Shown: in pieces, positions 49,014 through 61,517 of the stretch
How the letters are laid out: each line of letters starts with the position of its first letter
How positions within the stretch are numbered: position 1 is the stretch's first letter
Origin: Carcharhinus amblyrhynchos
Taxonomy: Eukaryota
Direction of reading: 5' to 3'
Length of the DNA: 64,000 bases
Assembly: GCA_965287045.1 (NCBI GenBank)
Contig: OZ336880.1
Location: 74,152,001-74,216,000, forward strand
Made by a program: the position numbers and the translations under genes
Notes under the pieces: model-generated
Database searches by the model: none
The model's input: only the letters and a program-made list of their open reading frames with translations
Told to the model about the DNA's origin: nothing

Positions 49014-49748
49014 TATCCTGCTTCCCCGGCACACCCCTCCCCCGCACCACCCCCACCGCACCCCATCCCCCACCATCCTTTTTAATTTTTGCTCCTTGGT
49101 CCATCGCCATTGCAAGTGTTTCCTGCCAGCCAGGAGGCCACAGTGCTCTGGGCTGGCACTGAGTTTTCTAAAGGGGCTGCCAACAGTTCTAATGAAGGAC
49201 CAAACTTAAATGTTTTTCACTTTCTCAGACGCCAATGGGCCCGCTTTGCATTTGTCAGCGTTTGCTAGTTTTTTTTCCCCCTTTTTGTCGCTTTGTGACT
49301 GTCAGGTGAGTTATTCCCTTGTATAAGATACCAGGTTACCTACTGAAGTGATGATGTAACAGTGTGCTGTTCCACTTCTGCCAGCCACAAAGACACCAAA
49401 AAAATGCCCTGGTTGGTTCTTTTTATGTATCTTTTAGACATTGAACATTTCCGGTGGTAACTGAAAATCTTAACTGTTACAGTGAACTTGATAAGAAGTG
49501 TCACCTTCTCTGAACATAACCTATGACACACCAGCTTCAATTAAAATTCACCCTCTGCTCTCCCTTGAGCATCCTGTGTTTGGTCTCACAATTAGAATTT
49601 TCCTACTCATGGGTTATTAACCCTTTGTACTTCCCCTCCTTTGGTCACAAGATGGTTGTTAGAACAAGGGAGCCTTTGTGAAATTTTTGGAACTGACTAT
49701 TGCTATTTGCACCTTTTCTGGTGCTACAACTTTTGGTACATTCTGATT

Positions 49749-50020
49749 TAAAGTTAAAGTTTATTTATTAATGTCACAAGTAGGCTTACATTAACACTGC
49801 AATGAAGTTACAGTGAAAATCCCCTAGTCGCCACACTCCGGCACCTGTTCGGGTACAACTGAGGGAGAATTTAGCTTGGCCTAATCAGCATGTTTTTCAA
49901 ATTGTGGGAAGAAACCCACACAGACACAGGGAAAACATGCAGATTTCATATATACAGTGACCCAAGCCAGGAATCGAACCCAGGTTCCTGGCGCTGTGAG
50001 GCAGCTGTGCCACTGTGCCC
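49749..50020 (-). mobile_element. V-SINE subfamily B
   Basis: aaagtttatttattaatgtcacaagtaggcttacattaacactgcaatgaagttacagtgaaaatcccctagtcgccacactccggcacctgttcggg...gaatcgaacccagg. Confidence 0.88.
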
Positions 50021-50339
50021 CTCATTGCCGTTTACTGTGCTGAATTAGCATCTGGTCAGAAAGGGATTGAAAATGTTTGTGGCATTGATGTAGGTTTCTA
50101 GCAAGATGCCTGATGAGTATAAGTTATAATCATTAGTCTCTGAAAACATATCCTGTTCCATGCAATTTGTTCTCAAAGCGCAGCATTCCATGATTACGGC
50201 TGTTGCTGGTAAAATTGACATGACTGATTCCATCATCATAGAATTTACAAATTAACTGCATTTGCTTCTCCTGTTTTCTCCAATTATTAAAAGTTGCACC
50301 AAAGTTTACCCAGGCCATAAAGCAAAAGTAAATCAAGCA

Positions 50340-50910
50340 CAAGATGTTATTGCTATTGGAATAAAATTGAAAAGTGGGATTGTTATACTAAATCTGTATC
50401 AAATCTTGGTTAAACTACACTTAGGGTGTTGCACATAGTTCTGGACACCATATTATAAAAAGGTTACAGCAGTACTGGAGAGGATGTACAAGGATGAAAC
50501 TAGACATGTGTGGATAAACATATCAGGAAAGGACTGGTGGGCTGAGTCACTTTTTACTTGAAAAATGAAGGTTGAAGGTTGACCTAATTGAAGTCTTCTA
50601 AATTATGGAAGATTTTGATTGAATGGATGCAGAGAGAACATTTTCTCATGTGAGAAACAGCATAATTAGAGACCACCAATATAAGGTAGTTACCGAGAAA
50701 TCCAATAGGAAGTTCAGAAGAAATTCAAAGAATGGAAAGGAGGTAGAATTCACTATCACAGGGAGTGGTGAAGTAAATATTATTGATGCAAATAAGGGAG
50801 AACTATATAAGAAAAGGGAATGGATGGTTCCGATAGTAGATTTGGATAAGAAAGTTGGGAGTAGGTTCAAATTGTATCAGACAATTTGGACTATTTGGTC
50901 TGAATAACCT
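50340..50910 (+). mobile_element. Old degenerate CR1 LINE 3' region
   Basis: Remnants of LY..LV...L..C...W.P.Y.K...LE, ...RL..DLIEVF.IM..FD..D....F and TR.H..K CR1 motifs, with many disruptions. Confidence 0.7.
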
Positions 50911-50994
50911 GTGCCACATATCATATGAAATGCAATTTTCTCACTTGATGGCACTAACCTATACTGTTCTGTGGACACTGGTTAGCTCCTTATT

Positions 50995-51315
50995 CATTCA
51001 CTCATGTGGCAATCTTTATTGGCAAGCCCAGGTAGAAAGAGTCACACAGATATTCAACCATGGGAAGCATCGCTGGGTAGCCTGATCTGGCCCTGGACCA
51101 GTATAAGCAAGTGTGCATATGGCAAAAGTTGCCAGTAGATGTTCAGGAACAGGAAATCGGTCTGCTATTGCTGTTCCCTAGCCTGGGGATCACTAAAACC
51201 AACTGCAAAAGCCCAACTTTTGTCAATCAGCACAGAGCTGGGATCAAATCTGGGGCATTGCTGTCCTGTACAGTTCAGTAGCACACCAGGCAGTACACTG
51301 CACCACTGGGGTGTC
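50995..51315 (-). mobile_element. Family X ancient SINE
   Basis: ttcaaccatgggaagcatc...gcctgatctggccct...tcaggaacaggaaatc...ccctagcctgggg...tcagcacagagctgggatcaaatctgggg. Confidence 0.5.
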
Positions 51316-51479
51316 AGGACAACTAGACTTTGTTTCTGCGCTGACTGGCACACTCCCCTGTTTGTCAGCAACAGCACATTGAGTTGGCGATCGGGCCTGC
51401 TTTCACTCTGTCTCCATTCTCCCTGCATATGTACACAATACAGTAACAAATATAATGGTTCCCATGGTACTTTGCCTTC

Positions 51480-52050
51480 AAATCCCTCCTGTAAACTAAT
51501 CTTTGGGCGGTCAAATTGGGTTCGAGGTGTGTCAGGTTAATTGAAAAAATTGTCCAGAAGGAGAATGCTGCTTCACATAATCTCCCCACACAGAGGGAGA
51601 AGGAAGCGAGCTGCTCCTTAAAGGATGATCCGAGAAATTTCTCTGCACTGGTTTGTGCAGGCGCTAGGTAGCCTTAAATAAGGAAATGAACTCAACTTGC
51701 CAGTCAGCAGCTCCAGGGAGTTGGGAAATACTGTTCTCTTTCCAGCTCTGCACATTTGTTGGACGACCTCTCGTCCAACCCAGGTGCATCTTATTTAAAG
51801 ACAACTGCACAAATCCATGACTGAAGTGGAGAAAACAAGAGCTGGCTTCAACTCAAACCATGAAATCTTTTTCTTTTTCTTTGAATGTAGCCAAATTGAG
51901 AGAAAAAAGAGAAAACACCACTTTGCCTTGCAATTTGAATATTTCTTTATAAGGGAGAGACATCGAAGTTAGCTCAATGCTAACATTCCCTGAAGAAAAG
52001 GTTATATAATGAGGCTTGTGCTGCCATTCACAGTTTTGCACTAAAATCAT
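51480..52050. promoter_or_regulatory. Candidate conserved non-coding element with an internal hairpin
   Basis: TE-free. Perfect stem gttggacga/tcgtccaac (51758-51779), E-box CAGGTG at 51781, ETS-like AGGAAAT. Confidence 0.4.
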
Positions 52051-53784
52051 ATGGGCAGAGTGTACGAATTGTGTTTGCTAGATTTTGATGTTCTGGCAAA
52101 TCAAACAAAAATGGTCGGAAATTTAGAATCGAAACAAACTTGGATAGAAACCAGAATCAGTTGCTGAGGCTGTAATGCTCACTTGGGTACAATACTGCTC
52201 TGTGCCATTTGATCCGAGGCGGTTCAGTTGATGAAACCAATGCCCCAGAATACAACTGAGCAATGCAAAAAAATACTAGTATGTGTTGTAACACTGGATC
52301 TTGAGTAGGGCAGTGGTAGAGGTGATAAATTGGCCTTAGTGCTCCTAACCTCTTGCTAAAGAAAAGGTGCTATAGAGATGTGGTTATTGTGTTGTTGGGA
52401 GTGTGGGGGGGGGGATGGAATGGGTCAGCATTCCAGCTTATGGTAGCCATCCAGTAATGTCTGTTCCTCTTGTGTGGCCTGGCATTCACATATCTCACTT
52501 GGACAAAATATTGAAGTCTGGCCCAGTGCTTAAGGAGACTGTACCCCAGTAAGAGGCAGCACATTCAGGAAGGAAAACAAACTCTATTACCAAAATGCAC
52601 AGCACAATATGACTGCAGCCTTGCTGACCTGGTGCAACATTGCAGCTGTGGTTTGTGTCACATGGTACATCAACAAATGTCATTTACTTCTGTGAGTAGG
52701 TCATTGTGCCACTCTTTGCACTGCCTTGCTACCTGGGAACTTCTCACACCAGGCAAATTTAAGGAAAAAGGTTGCAAAAATAGCAGCATATGTATTTTGG
52801 CAAGTGTTTCAATAACAAGTATCAGGAGTTCAGAGGGTATTGACTAACCAGTCCTTGTGGTTTGTCAAGAGATTCTGAACCCCTTGACTCTGTGTATTAG
52901 TTACTGCTTTGTAACATGCTGCTAGCTATGAATTATCCTGAACGTACTTCCTATGTTTGATTTCCTATTATTCTGGAGTTTGTACCACTGGGAATGTGAA
53001 CAGACTTCAATAGAAAGCTAAGGCAAACAAGCACGATCAGTAAAGTAAGTTATTCAAATACAAATGATATAGTGCATAACATACCAGCATATCAAAACTG
53101 GGGTGTACATAATTAAAGGGGGAAGTAATGAAATGATATATATATAGTATTCCAGTTAATCAAAACTGTCTGGAATAACTTGATGTCAGGAGCTGGTGGT
53201 GAGTGTGTGATGCTACAAGCAGTTATCCTTTGATCGCCTACACATGATAATGGACACATGCTGAATTATACTGACTAGCTTGTCACTACCACTTAGGCTG
53301 CATGGCAGAGTGCTGCCTATTTGTTAGAAAACACTTTTAAAAGGAAATAATTCCACAAATAGATAGTTAAAGGGGAATTACATTTGACTGAAATATCCTT
53401 TAAAGGCAGATACCTGTACACTTATTGGTGCCACTCGGTCTCTTAGTTGCCTCTTTGCTGTCCTATTTTTCATTTTTACAAAGCACTGGTTTGAGGCAGT
53501 CAGGCAGCAGACATTTTGTCTACAGCTCATCCTCAGGTGACATCATGGATGGAGACAGTGGTTTGTGGGCAGCAGTCCACATTCATGATGTCAAATGAAG
53601 CAAAGATTTATGATTATAGTCATGTAATTCATGGATAGCAAGAAGCGATTTAAAAGCTATAGAGAAGCGCACTTTTATCATATTTATATATATTGGATTA
53701 TATAGCAATATGTGAGAACGTTTCTTCTTTAACACTATCGTTAGCTAAATATTTATGTAGTAAAAACAATGATTCCAACCAAAC

Positions 53785-54125
53785 GTAGGCCAGAATGGTC
53801 CCAGGTTCAAACCCTATTTAATTGCAATGCAACAAGCAGCCCTCTCCTGTTCAATGCCCAGTCGGACTAATGTCCGAGTGGGAAGTGTGAATGGGTGGCC
53901 ATCAGGTTCAGGGCCTGGCTTGAAGCAAGTACCCTGCACCCCACACCTCCCACTGCAATGTCTACTCTGACACTCCCCCTCCCCCAAAATGGTTGATTAG
54001 CTTCATGACTTTCACCATTTAGACACATGCTTGAAGAATAGCCACTTGGTTGGGCAAGGCCCTGGAGGATACCCAGCAGCTGTAGATCCTAGCACCAGCA
54101 TGAGTTAGCACTTTCAGGAGAGGTG
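53785..54125 (+). mobile_element. Family X ancient SINE
   Basis: Head cagaatggtcccaggttcaaaccct. Tail gaagaatagccacttgg...ctggagg...ccagcatgagttagcactttcaggagagg. Confidence 0.55.
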
Positions 54126-54419
54126 ATAATTGGATGGGTGGGGGTGGCAAGGGACTTTTTAAAGTAAATCTTTCATGTAATTATGTAATTCTTGAGCACT
54201 TACTGGCTGTCCCAAATCTTTAAATATTATTATCCAAACAATGATTCGCAAACTCTTGCTCAGAAGTGGTAACGAGAGGGTTCATTTTAAAACAATATTT
54301 ACAACAAAAGCAAACGTAGTTCAGTCACATTCTTATAGCTCTTTCTCTCTTACGTACACCACATATATATATACCTGATAAGGTAGTCACACTCCGTTCA
54401 CCTCCCCTGTCCATAGAAG

Positions 54420-54718
54420 GTAAAATTTATTTATAGGTGTCAGAAGTAGGCTTACATTAACACTGTGATGAATTTATTGTGAAGATCCCCTAGACACGAA
54501 ACTCCAGCACCTGTTTGGATGCACTGAGGGAGAATTTAGCATGGCCAATGCGCCTAACCAGCACATCTTTCGGACAATGGGTGGAAACTGGAGCACCTGG
54601 AGGAAACCCAGGCAGACACGGGGAGAACGTGCAGACTTTGCACAGACAGTGATCCAAGCTGGGAACTGAACTCGGACTCCTAGCGCTGTGAGGCAGCAGC
54701 ACTAACCACTGTGCCACC
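54420..54718 (-). mobile_element. V-SINE subfamily B, full length
   Basis: aagtaggcttacattaacactg...cactgaggggagaatttagcatggccaatgcgcctaacc...gcagcagcactaaccactgtgccacc. Confidence 0.88.
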
Positions 54719-55039
54719 AAAACTTACACTCTGCACTCCTGCACATTTACACACATTCACCTACAGACTAGTGGCAAAAGACTTAAGAACTCACCCTCCC
54801 CAAAACATACACAATCTGGTACAAACACACCAACATTTGCAAACTGCTCTGTGATGCATATGCCATGTTCAGTCAGGTTCTCTTCAATCCTGAAGTTGTT
54901 AGCAATATTTAATTCTGAGTAAAGGCTGAGCTAAGTTGTTTTCTTTGCAGGAGGTATTATTTAAGGGATGGTGGGGGGTCGGGGGTGGCGGGAGGGGGGT
55001 AGTAGAGGGGGAAGTGGATGGTGAAGAGAACTGGTTTTA

Positions 55040-55530
55040 ATAGCAGAAGTGAATGCGCATCAAACACCTCATTACAACAAAGGTTGTGTCAGGACCCTCA
55101 ATCACAACTCCCGTCACCAGATATTCCAACCTTCCCAGTCAGTTACCTAGGCAGCAGCAAAAAAGTCCTATCGTGAAAAGAATACTCACATAGACACACA
55201 CACAAGAAAAGGCGTTGAGGTGGCGATTGTCATTCAGACACCCTTTAACTCCCTCGCCAATGAAAATGTGCACGCAAGTTTTTTTTAAAGTGCAACTACA
55301 TAAATCCTTCCTTTTCCCTAATTCCCTGTTAGCTCCTAGGTTCACAGATATGTAACCACAATTAACATGCGCTGGCTAGGGATTTGCACAGCCGCCATCC
55401 TTCAGGCTGTATCCTGATGAAGTAGTATATTATTTCAGCTGGTAGTTCAACAAAGCTTTGGGATGAGACTGATTGATTAAGACCAGATGGATGGCCACAC
55501 ATAGGTGCGACAAAAATAGAACACATTGCA
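55040..55530. promoter_or_regulatory. Candidate conserved non-coding element
   Basis: TE-free, CpG-retaining complex block with TGATTGATTAA (PBX/HOX-like, about 55471) and CAGATG/CAGCTG E-boxes. Not aligned. Confidence 0.35.
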
Positions 55531-55977
55531 GACATTCCTGGCATCGTCCTTCTATGGTTAGGGGAGGTGAACAGAGTGTGACTACCTTATCAGTCTCCCG
55601 GTGGAACTGGGGAGGCAGGAATGTGTGACTGTGGCAGGGTCGGAGAGTGGTGGGACAGTACAAGAGAATGGCTGAAGAACTTAGGCTTCCGGATCAGCCA
55701 TGTCCCAGCCTCTCTCTCTCTCTTCCCCCCTCAGCATGAAGTTTCACTTAATGTTCTGCCGGAGCCAAAGCCGTTATCTAGTTGTTATAAATCGTCTTGG
55801 ATTTCACTGTCGAGTCTGTGGAAACTACTGATCTCCGCCTGGCATCTCCGGTAGCTGTGCACTGCCTGCAGGGTATGATAGATTGTGGACCCCTGTCCTG
55901 ATGTTGTACACTCCAAGAGGAAAAAATAACTTTTCTCCTGCCTGCTTCAGTTACCCCCCCCATCCCACCTCCCCATA

Positions 55978-55979
<2 letters not shown>

Positions 55980-56050
<71 letters not shown>
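55980..56050. repeat. Long pure (CA)n microsatellite
   Basis: Direct reading. Confidence 0.97.
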
Positions 56051-56052
<2 letters not shown>

Positions 56053-56897
56053 CAATGTACTTTGAAGAATGGAGGCTTATCTATACATTTAGGTTAAAAT
56101 ACAACTCATCTGTGCATTTAAAAGAAAAAAAATCGATGATTATCCAACAACTATTGTTCATTTGTACCAGAAAGTAACCCAAAGCCTCAGTCTGAAATAA
56201 AAAGGCACCTAATTTCCTTTCTATCTCACAAATCTGCGCACATCTCAATGGACAGAATTAGCTTTGCAACTTATGTGCAGAACAAACCTCTGCATTAATT
56301 CAAAGCTCACATCTCTATTATATTAACCCTAGTTAGGAAAGCATTACAAAGCTAGGAGCTTGATAAGAGTATAATGTCTCAAATAGTTAAGTTTTAGTTT
56401 CATGCTTTTCTCATGAAACTATTTTACTTTATATAACTGCTCCCCCTCCACTATAAATGTACAGATCTAAATGCTAGGTTTGTCATGAAATCTCCAAGAA
56501 TTAAAGAGTAATCTCTGAGACTGCTTTGTGCAACCCCGAAGAATACACTTTTTTTCATTTTCTTTCAACACTTCCATTTAGGAGTTTACAAAAGCTACTG
56601 GAGATGGCAAGAAGGGGTTGTTTAACTGGGTAGGGCATTTGGAGGTGGGGGGGGTGGTCATGTGAGGAAAGTGCCACAAATACATCCGAACAGAGTTGGC
56701 AACTGGACATACCTGCAAGCTTGTGCTGCACTAAAAATAAAATGGAAAGCACTTAATTTTATTATTGTAAGTCAGATCTGATTTCTATCAGCATAAAAAG
56801 ATACGTTTTAAACTAGGCCCAAGGTCCTTGGTTTATTTTGTGTTGTATTTGCAACAGATTTTTGTGTCAAACAATAAACACAATCCACCATATTAGG

Positions 56898-57155
56898 TAG
56901 AGTTTACAGAACAGAAGCAGGCCATTTAGCCCAACAGGTCGGTGCTGGGGTCTATGCTCCAAACGAGCCTCCTCCCAGCTTCTTTCCTCTAATCCTCTCA
57001 GAATTCCTTGTATTCTTTTTCGCTCATGTATTTTTCTAGGTACGTCTCTGTGCTGTTTACCTTAACCAATGAGTTTCAAAATCTCACCACCTTGTGAGTA
57101 AAGATGCTTCTTCTGAATTCCACTCTGGATTGATTAGCGATTACCTTATATTCAT
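56898..57155 (-). mobile_element. CR1 LINE 3' fragment
   Basis: tacagaacagaagcaggccatttagcccaacaggtc...tatgctccaaacgagcctcctccc...tctcaccaccttgtgagtaaaga...ttctgaattc. Confidence 0.75.
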
Positions 57156-57517
57156 GCAGTGAGTGTGCAAAACTTCAAAGATCATTTCTTTTGGTAAAGT
57201 TTCTATTCAAAGTCCCATAATTAGTCATCAGCCATTGTAGAATTTTCAGAAGTGTCATTTCAAAGCTTGGGACATGTGAGTCAACATTTATTCCATAATG
57301 GTTGAAACTGAAGCTCAGTAACCATTGACATGCTCAGCTGCTCCGGAATTGGCATTATCTCTCATTCAGAATTTTTAACAATTGCTGTACTGAAATGCAA
57401 GTTTTTGAATTCGCAATGGCTGCCATTTAATAGCTCGGGCAGCAAAATAAGATTGGATTTATTCTTTAAAATGGAATGGAAATTCTGAACTTAGTGGCTT
57501 CAACGTTACTTCACAAA

Positions 57518-57834
57518 GCACGGTGGCACAGTGGTTAGCACTGCTGCCTCACAGTGCCATGGATCTGGGTTCAATTCCTGGCTCGGGTCACTGTCTGTGT
57601 GGAGTTCGCACATTTTCCCCATGTCTCCGTGGGTTTCTTCCGGGTGCTCCAGTTTCCTCCCACATTCCAAAGATGTGCAGGTTAGGTGGACTGGCCGTGC
57701 TAAATTGCCCCTGAGTGTCGGGGGACTGGCTAGGGTAAATATATAGGGTAGTGGGGTCAGGGCCTGGGTGGAATTGTGGTCAGTGCAGACTTGATGGGCC
57801 AAATGGCCTCCTTCTGCACTGTAGGATTCTATGA
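57518..57834 (+). mobile_element. HE1-type V-SINE, full length and well preserved
   Basis: gcacggtggcacagtggttagcactgctgcctcacag...gggttcaattcc...V-domain...gatgggccaaatggcctccttctgcactgtaggattctatga. Confidence 0.93.
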
Positions 57835-58607
57835 GAGCTGCTAGGTGTTTGCTGATCTCTCACATTTCTTCTCCGTGTCGACACAATATAAGGATATCCA
57901 ATTCAATCCAGTAATTTACCATCATTGAGTGAAGGACCAAGGTTCAATACTATAGATTGCAATGTTAGCTTGATATACCAGAGCATTTACATGATAACCT
58001 TTGGGGATCATGCAGACACTTCACTAGTCTTTTCTCCTTGGGAGTTTTCCCTGTTCTTCCCAACCTTCAGCAGGAGATGGAGAACTTGTGGAGTGTTTTA
58101 ATTGAATGTGAAGGAAGGAATACGTTTGATGCACAAGTGGCTTTTTACATTCCAAACCTTCTTTTCTTATTGAAAGACTGAATAATTTGGAGTTTGGATT
58201 CTACCTAAACAGTGCAAGGGTCCCTATATTGCAAACTTTATACCAAGATATTGACTGGAATATTTGCTACATCAGAAATCTGTACTAATTTAGGGTGGCC
58301 TAGTAATTCACTTTATTTTGCGTTTCTGGCAGATACATAGGGAATGATTTTTAACCCCACACACCAGCAAGATTGGACAGGCGAGTAGTTAAAATTAGAG
58401 GTTGGAAGCTAGACTTTACACTGTTTTAGTTGACTTAACCGAGTAGGTGACACAGAGATCTACATAAAGTCGGCAGGCTGCCCTAGAATATATGTTTGCT
58501 ATTTCGATCTGACTGCCACTTTCATGATGTAGCTTGAGCAGGAAGTGCCAATGTGTTACCCTGAGAGGTCAGAAGAGTCCCAAAAAGGTAAGTTTACAAA
58601 CATTTCT

Positions 58608-58640
58608 CTTTGATGCTGCCTGATCTGCTGAGTATTTCCA
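58608..58640 (+). mobile_element. Penelope-like tail fragment
   Basis: gatgctgcctgatctgctgagtatttccagcattttctgttt. Confidence 0.65.
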
Positions 58641-59628
58641 GCATTTTCTGTTTCTATTTCTTTTTACTTTCCTTATGATGCCAGGTTTCACAAGGAAAGC
58701 CTAGCTATGCCACCCCCTACACCCCATAACTACCATGATCTCAAATGCAGCACCCACCCCCAACCCACAACATTCTCCACTTCCTCCCCCTCCACCAATT
58801 GCAGATGGCCTAGTTATCTCTTCAAGTGTGCATTTAAATGATGAAGGAAAGTAGGAAGTTCCCTCAATCACCTGTTAACATTCTTCCCTCAGCTTCCCTC
58901 AAGTACCATGAGGCTGATTATCTGTTCATTCATCTTTTTGCTGCTTGTGATGGTGTAGTGTGTGTAAAATGGCTGCCACAGTTGTCAACATGACAACCAA
59001 GTAAACTGTTGCACGTGAACTCTTTTGCAATATTGCTGAAAGACAATGTAAACTGCCATTTTATGGTGTGCTGCTACGTCCTACAAAGCTCAACTTCACT
59101 GGATTATATCTTTCTCAAAACAACTAATGACATAAATAAGATGTAGATTAAAAAGGTTGACAACTTTAACTTGACCATATTAAAACAAACACAGTGGTAA
59201 CAAACAAGACAGATGCCCCTTGACAAGGCAGATGTTAATGTCCAGCTTAGACACTGGCTGGAAGAATTATACTACTGGGTAAAGCAACTGAGGGCAACAT
59301 AAAAAGGGGTTAAATTGGACAGTCTCTGAAAATGCCTACAGGGCTCGTGATGTATGATTAACCTGCATCCGTTAATTGCAATGCAAACAGCCCGCCAACC
59401 TCATGCTGCCTGCTCATTTGAATGATCGCAGCGTCCAGCCGGTGCTAACCACGTTGTTCATTGATTGGATGTATCAGCAGGGGGCCAATATCATGAGTGG
59501 CTAGTCCCAATTAAAGCTAGCCCACACTGCTCAATGCTAGCCTTCCCCTCTTGTAGTGGAGGTGCATTGTGTCTGAAGCAGGTACTGCAGTCATGGCTGA
59601 AGAGAATTTGATCGGGCAAAGAATGTGA

Positions 59629-59880
59629 AATAGTAGAACAGAGAGAGAGAGAGAGAGGACACCAAGGTTTACAGAAGCTGCCCTGGAGGTCTTGGCTGAA
59701 GAGTTGGAAAGGAGGAGCAATGTCCTGTATCTACAGGGAGGAAGGGGGAGGAGGCCCTCCAGACACACAGTCAATAGGCAGTGGGAGCAGATAACCATGA
59801 AGGTCAGTGCAAGGAATCAAGCCCCAAGGATCTGGCTGCAGTGTCGCAAGAAGTTTAATGACCTAACGCGAGTGGTCAAG
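59629..59880 (+). pseudogene. Myb/SANT-like (trihelix, NAIF1/MSANTD-type) DNA-binding exon of a PIF/Harbinger transposon, relic
   Basis: Open frame ...RERTPRFTEAALEVLAEELERRSNVLYLQGGRGRRPSRHTVNRQWEQITMKVSARNQAPRIWLQCRKKFNDLTRVVK ending at donor AAG|GTCAGT (59880/59881). Shows the R.PRF...L..L, W..I...V.A and R...QCRKKFNDL signature. In-frame TGA at 59626-59628 and no ATG before the domain. Confidence 0.8.
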
Positions 59881-60381
59881 GTCAGTGAATGCATCTTCGA
59901 TTCCTCTATCCTGCGAGTTGCAACTGTATTCACAGCCTTTAACATCACTGTTCACTCAGAACTTATCCACCATTAATATCTCTCAGTCAGGTCTCCTACT
60001 GAACATTCATGTGTTTTACTTCATCTTTACACAAAAGCCTTAGACCTAGGTTTACCAGCTGCGATTAAATGTATTCCTGGAGGTTTCATGACATGATGTT
60101 CTCCCACGTTCCAGCCATTCATTGGAGCCAAAAAGATTCATCACCCAAATGGATGATGCTTGACTGTCAACCACATTGCCTTCTTTTCCCCTGGAGGAGG
60201 CTGAGCTGGCCATACTGGACGGGCCATTGCAGAGGCTGTAAACAGCAGTGGGAATGATGCTATCAAAGAAGATCAGATCCTCCGACCTAACTCTCCTTCT
60301 CACATCCTAATGCCCCCATTTCACACACATTCTCTTCTGATTTACAATCTGCAAAAGATGGAGGTATACTGCTCTTACTTT

Positions 60382-60648
60382 TCATAGAATAGAGTCACAG
60401 ATTCCTGTCAGTGCAGAAGGAGGCCATTTGGCCCATTGACCCTGCACTGACAAAAATCCCACCCAGGTCCTACCCCTGTAACCATCCTGCTAACCCCCTT
60501 GACACTTAGGGGCAATTTAACATGGCCAATCAATCTAACTGGCACATCTTGGCCTGTGGGAGAAAACCGGAGCACCCGCGCAGACATGCAAACTCAACAC
60601 AGTCACCTGAGGCTGGAATTGAACCCGAGCCCCTGGAGCTGTGTGGCA
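60382..60648 (-). mobile_element. HE1-type V-SINE inserted in the Harbinger relic
   Basis: cagtgcagaaggaggccatttggccc...gacacttaggggcaatttaacatggccaatc...gaattgaacccgagcccctgg. Confidence 0.85.
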
Positions 60649-61432
60649 CAACATTACCTTTCAGATACTAAAAGGTCCAGCCTGATCAGGCAATGGAGAA
60701 ACACCAAACAAATGACGATAAGCACACCGCACCATCACTTGTTTTCACACTCACAGCTACCAACTCAGGTAGTAACATTGCACACATTTTAGGGGGTAGA
60801 GGTAGAATCTGTTCTTCCTGAGACACTGGGCACAAGGTCAGGGCAGGGGAAAGAACAACACCGTTCACAGATCCTCCAAATACAGAGGATGGGTCACCTA
60901 CAGAAGAGGGATGATGGATATACACAACCACACAACAAAATGCCTGGTACATATGGAAACCTGCAGAAAGGTCAATGTCAGAGATCCTGGAGGAGTTCAA
61001 CATACTGGCACAGATCGGGCTTTGTGCAGAGTTTCAAACTCATACTTTCCATCACAGAAGAGGTGACCAATTCCAGTTATTATACTTGTGGGCCCAATCG
61101 TATTGCAGTGCCTGATTACCATGGTTGCAACTTCCACCCAGTGCATGAAAAGAAAGCTTCAACTGCTGTCATGCAACTTCAGATTGTTCCCATTCAAGTT
61201 TAAAAGCTGCCATGATGCTTATGTACCACAATGTGTGAAGTGGAGCTTGTAGAGTGTCACAGCACTTCAACATTCTGTCCTCAAGCAGATGACCAGCTTG
61301 CTGAGACACTTCCATGGATGAGTGGTAAGGGTCAATGGAGCATGAATGTGTTCCCCCAGGAAGGCAACATTCATCCTCCTACTCCTGCCACTTCATCAAT
61401 GCCCTTGCTGTTGCTTATCAATGTTTGCTAAT

Positions 61433-61517
61433 AAATAAATCTGTTGGAATTTAATCTGGTGTTGTGAGACTTCTTACTGTGTCTACCCCAGTCCAACACT
61501 GACATCTCCACATCATG
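61433..61517 (+). mobile_element. Tail-only relative of the hammerhead-bearing insert
   Basis: aaataaatctgttggaatttaatctggtgttgtgagacttcttactgtgtctaccccagtccaacactgacatctccacatcatg. Same 3' end as 26793-26876, ribozyme absent. Confidence 0.8.

Noticed and set aside
49268-49311. Recursive-splice-like site (polypyrimidine-CAG|GTGAGT)
   Set aside because: It is on the + strand, antisense to ZEB2, and there is no evidence of a + strand transcript.
54964-55022. G-quadruplex-forming G-tract as a functional element
   Set aside because: G/C runs are common throughout the window (4512, 9806, 43290, 49025). Nothing singles this one out.
55138-55170. Minus-strand TAG|GTAACT recursive-site candidate
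   Set aside because: The donor lacks the GTRAG consensus and the pyrimidine tract is modest. Not supportable without RNA data.
57518-57590. tRNA gene
   Set aside because: The A/B boxes belong to the tRNA-derived head of a V-SINE. The same applies to the other SINE heads.
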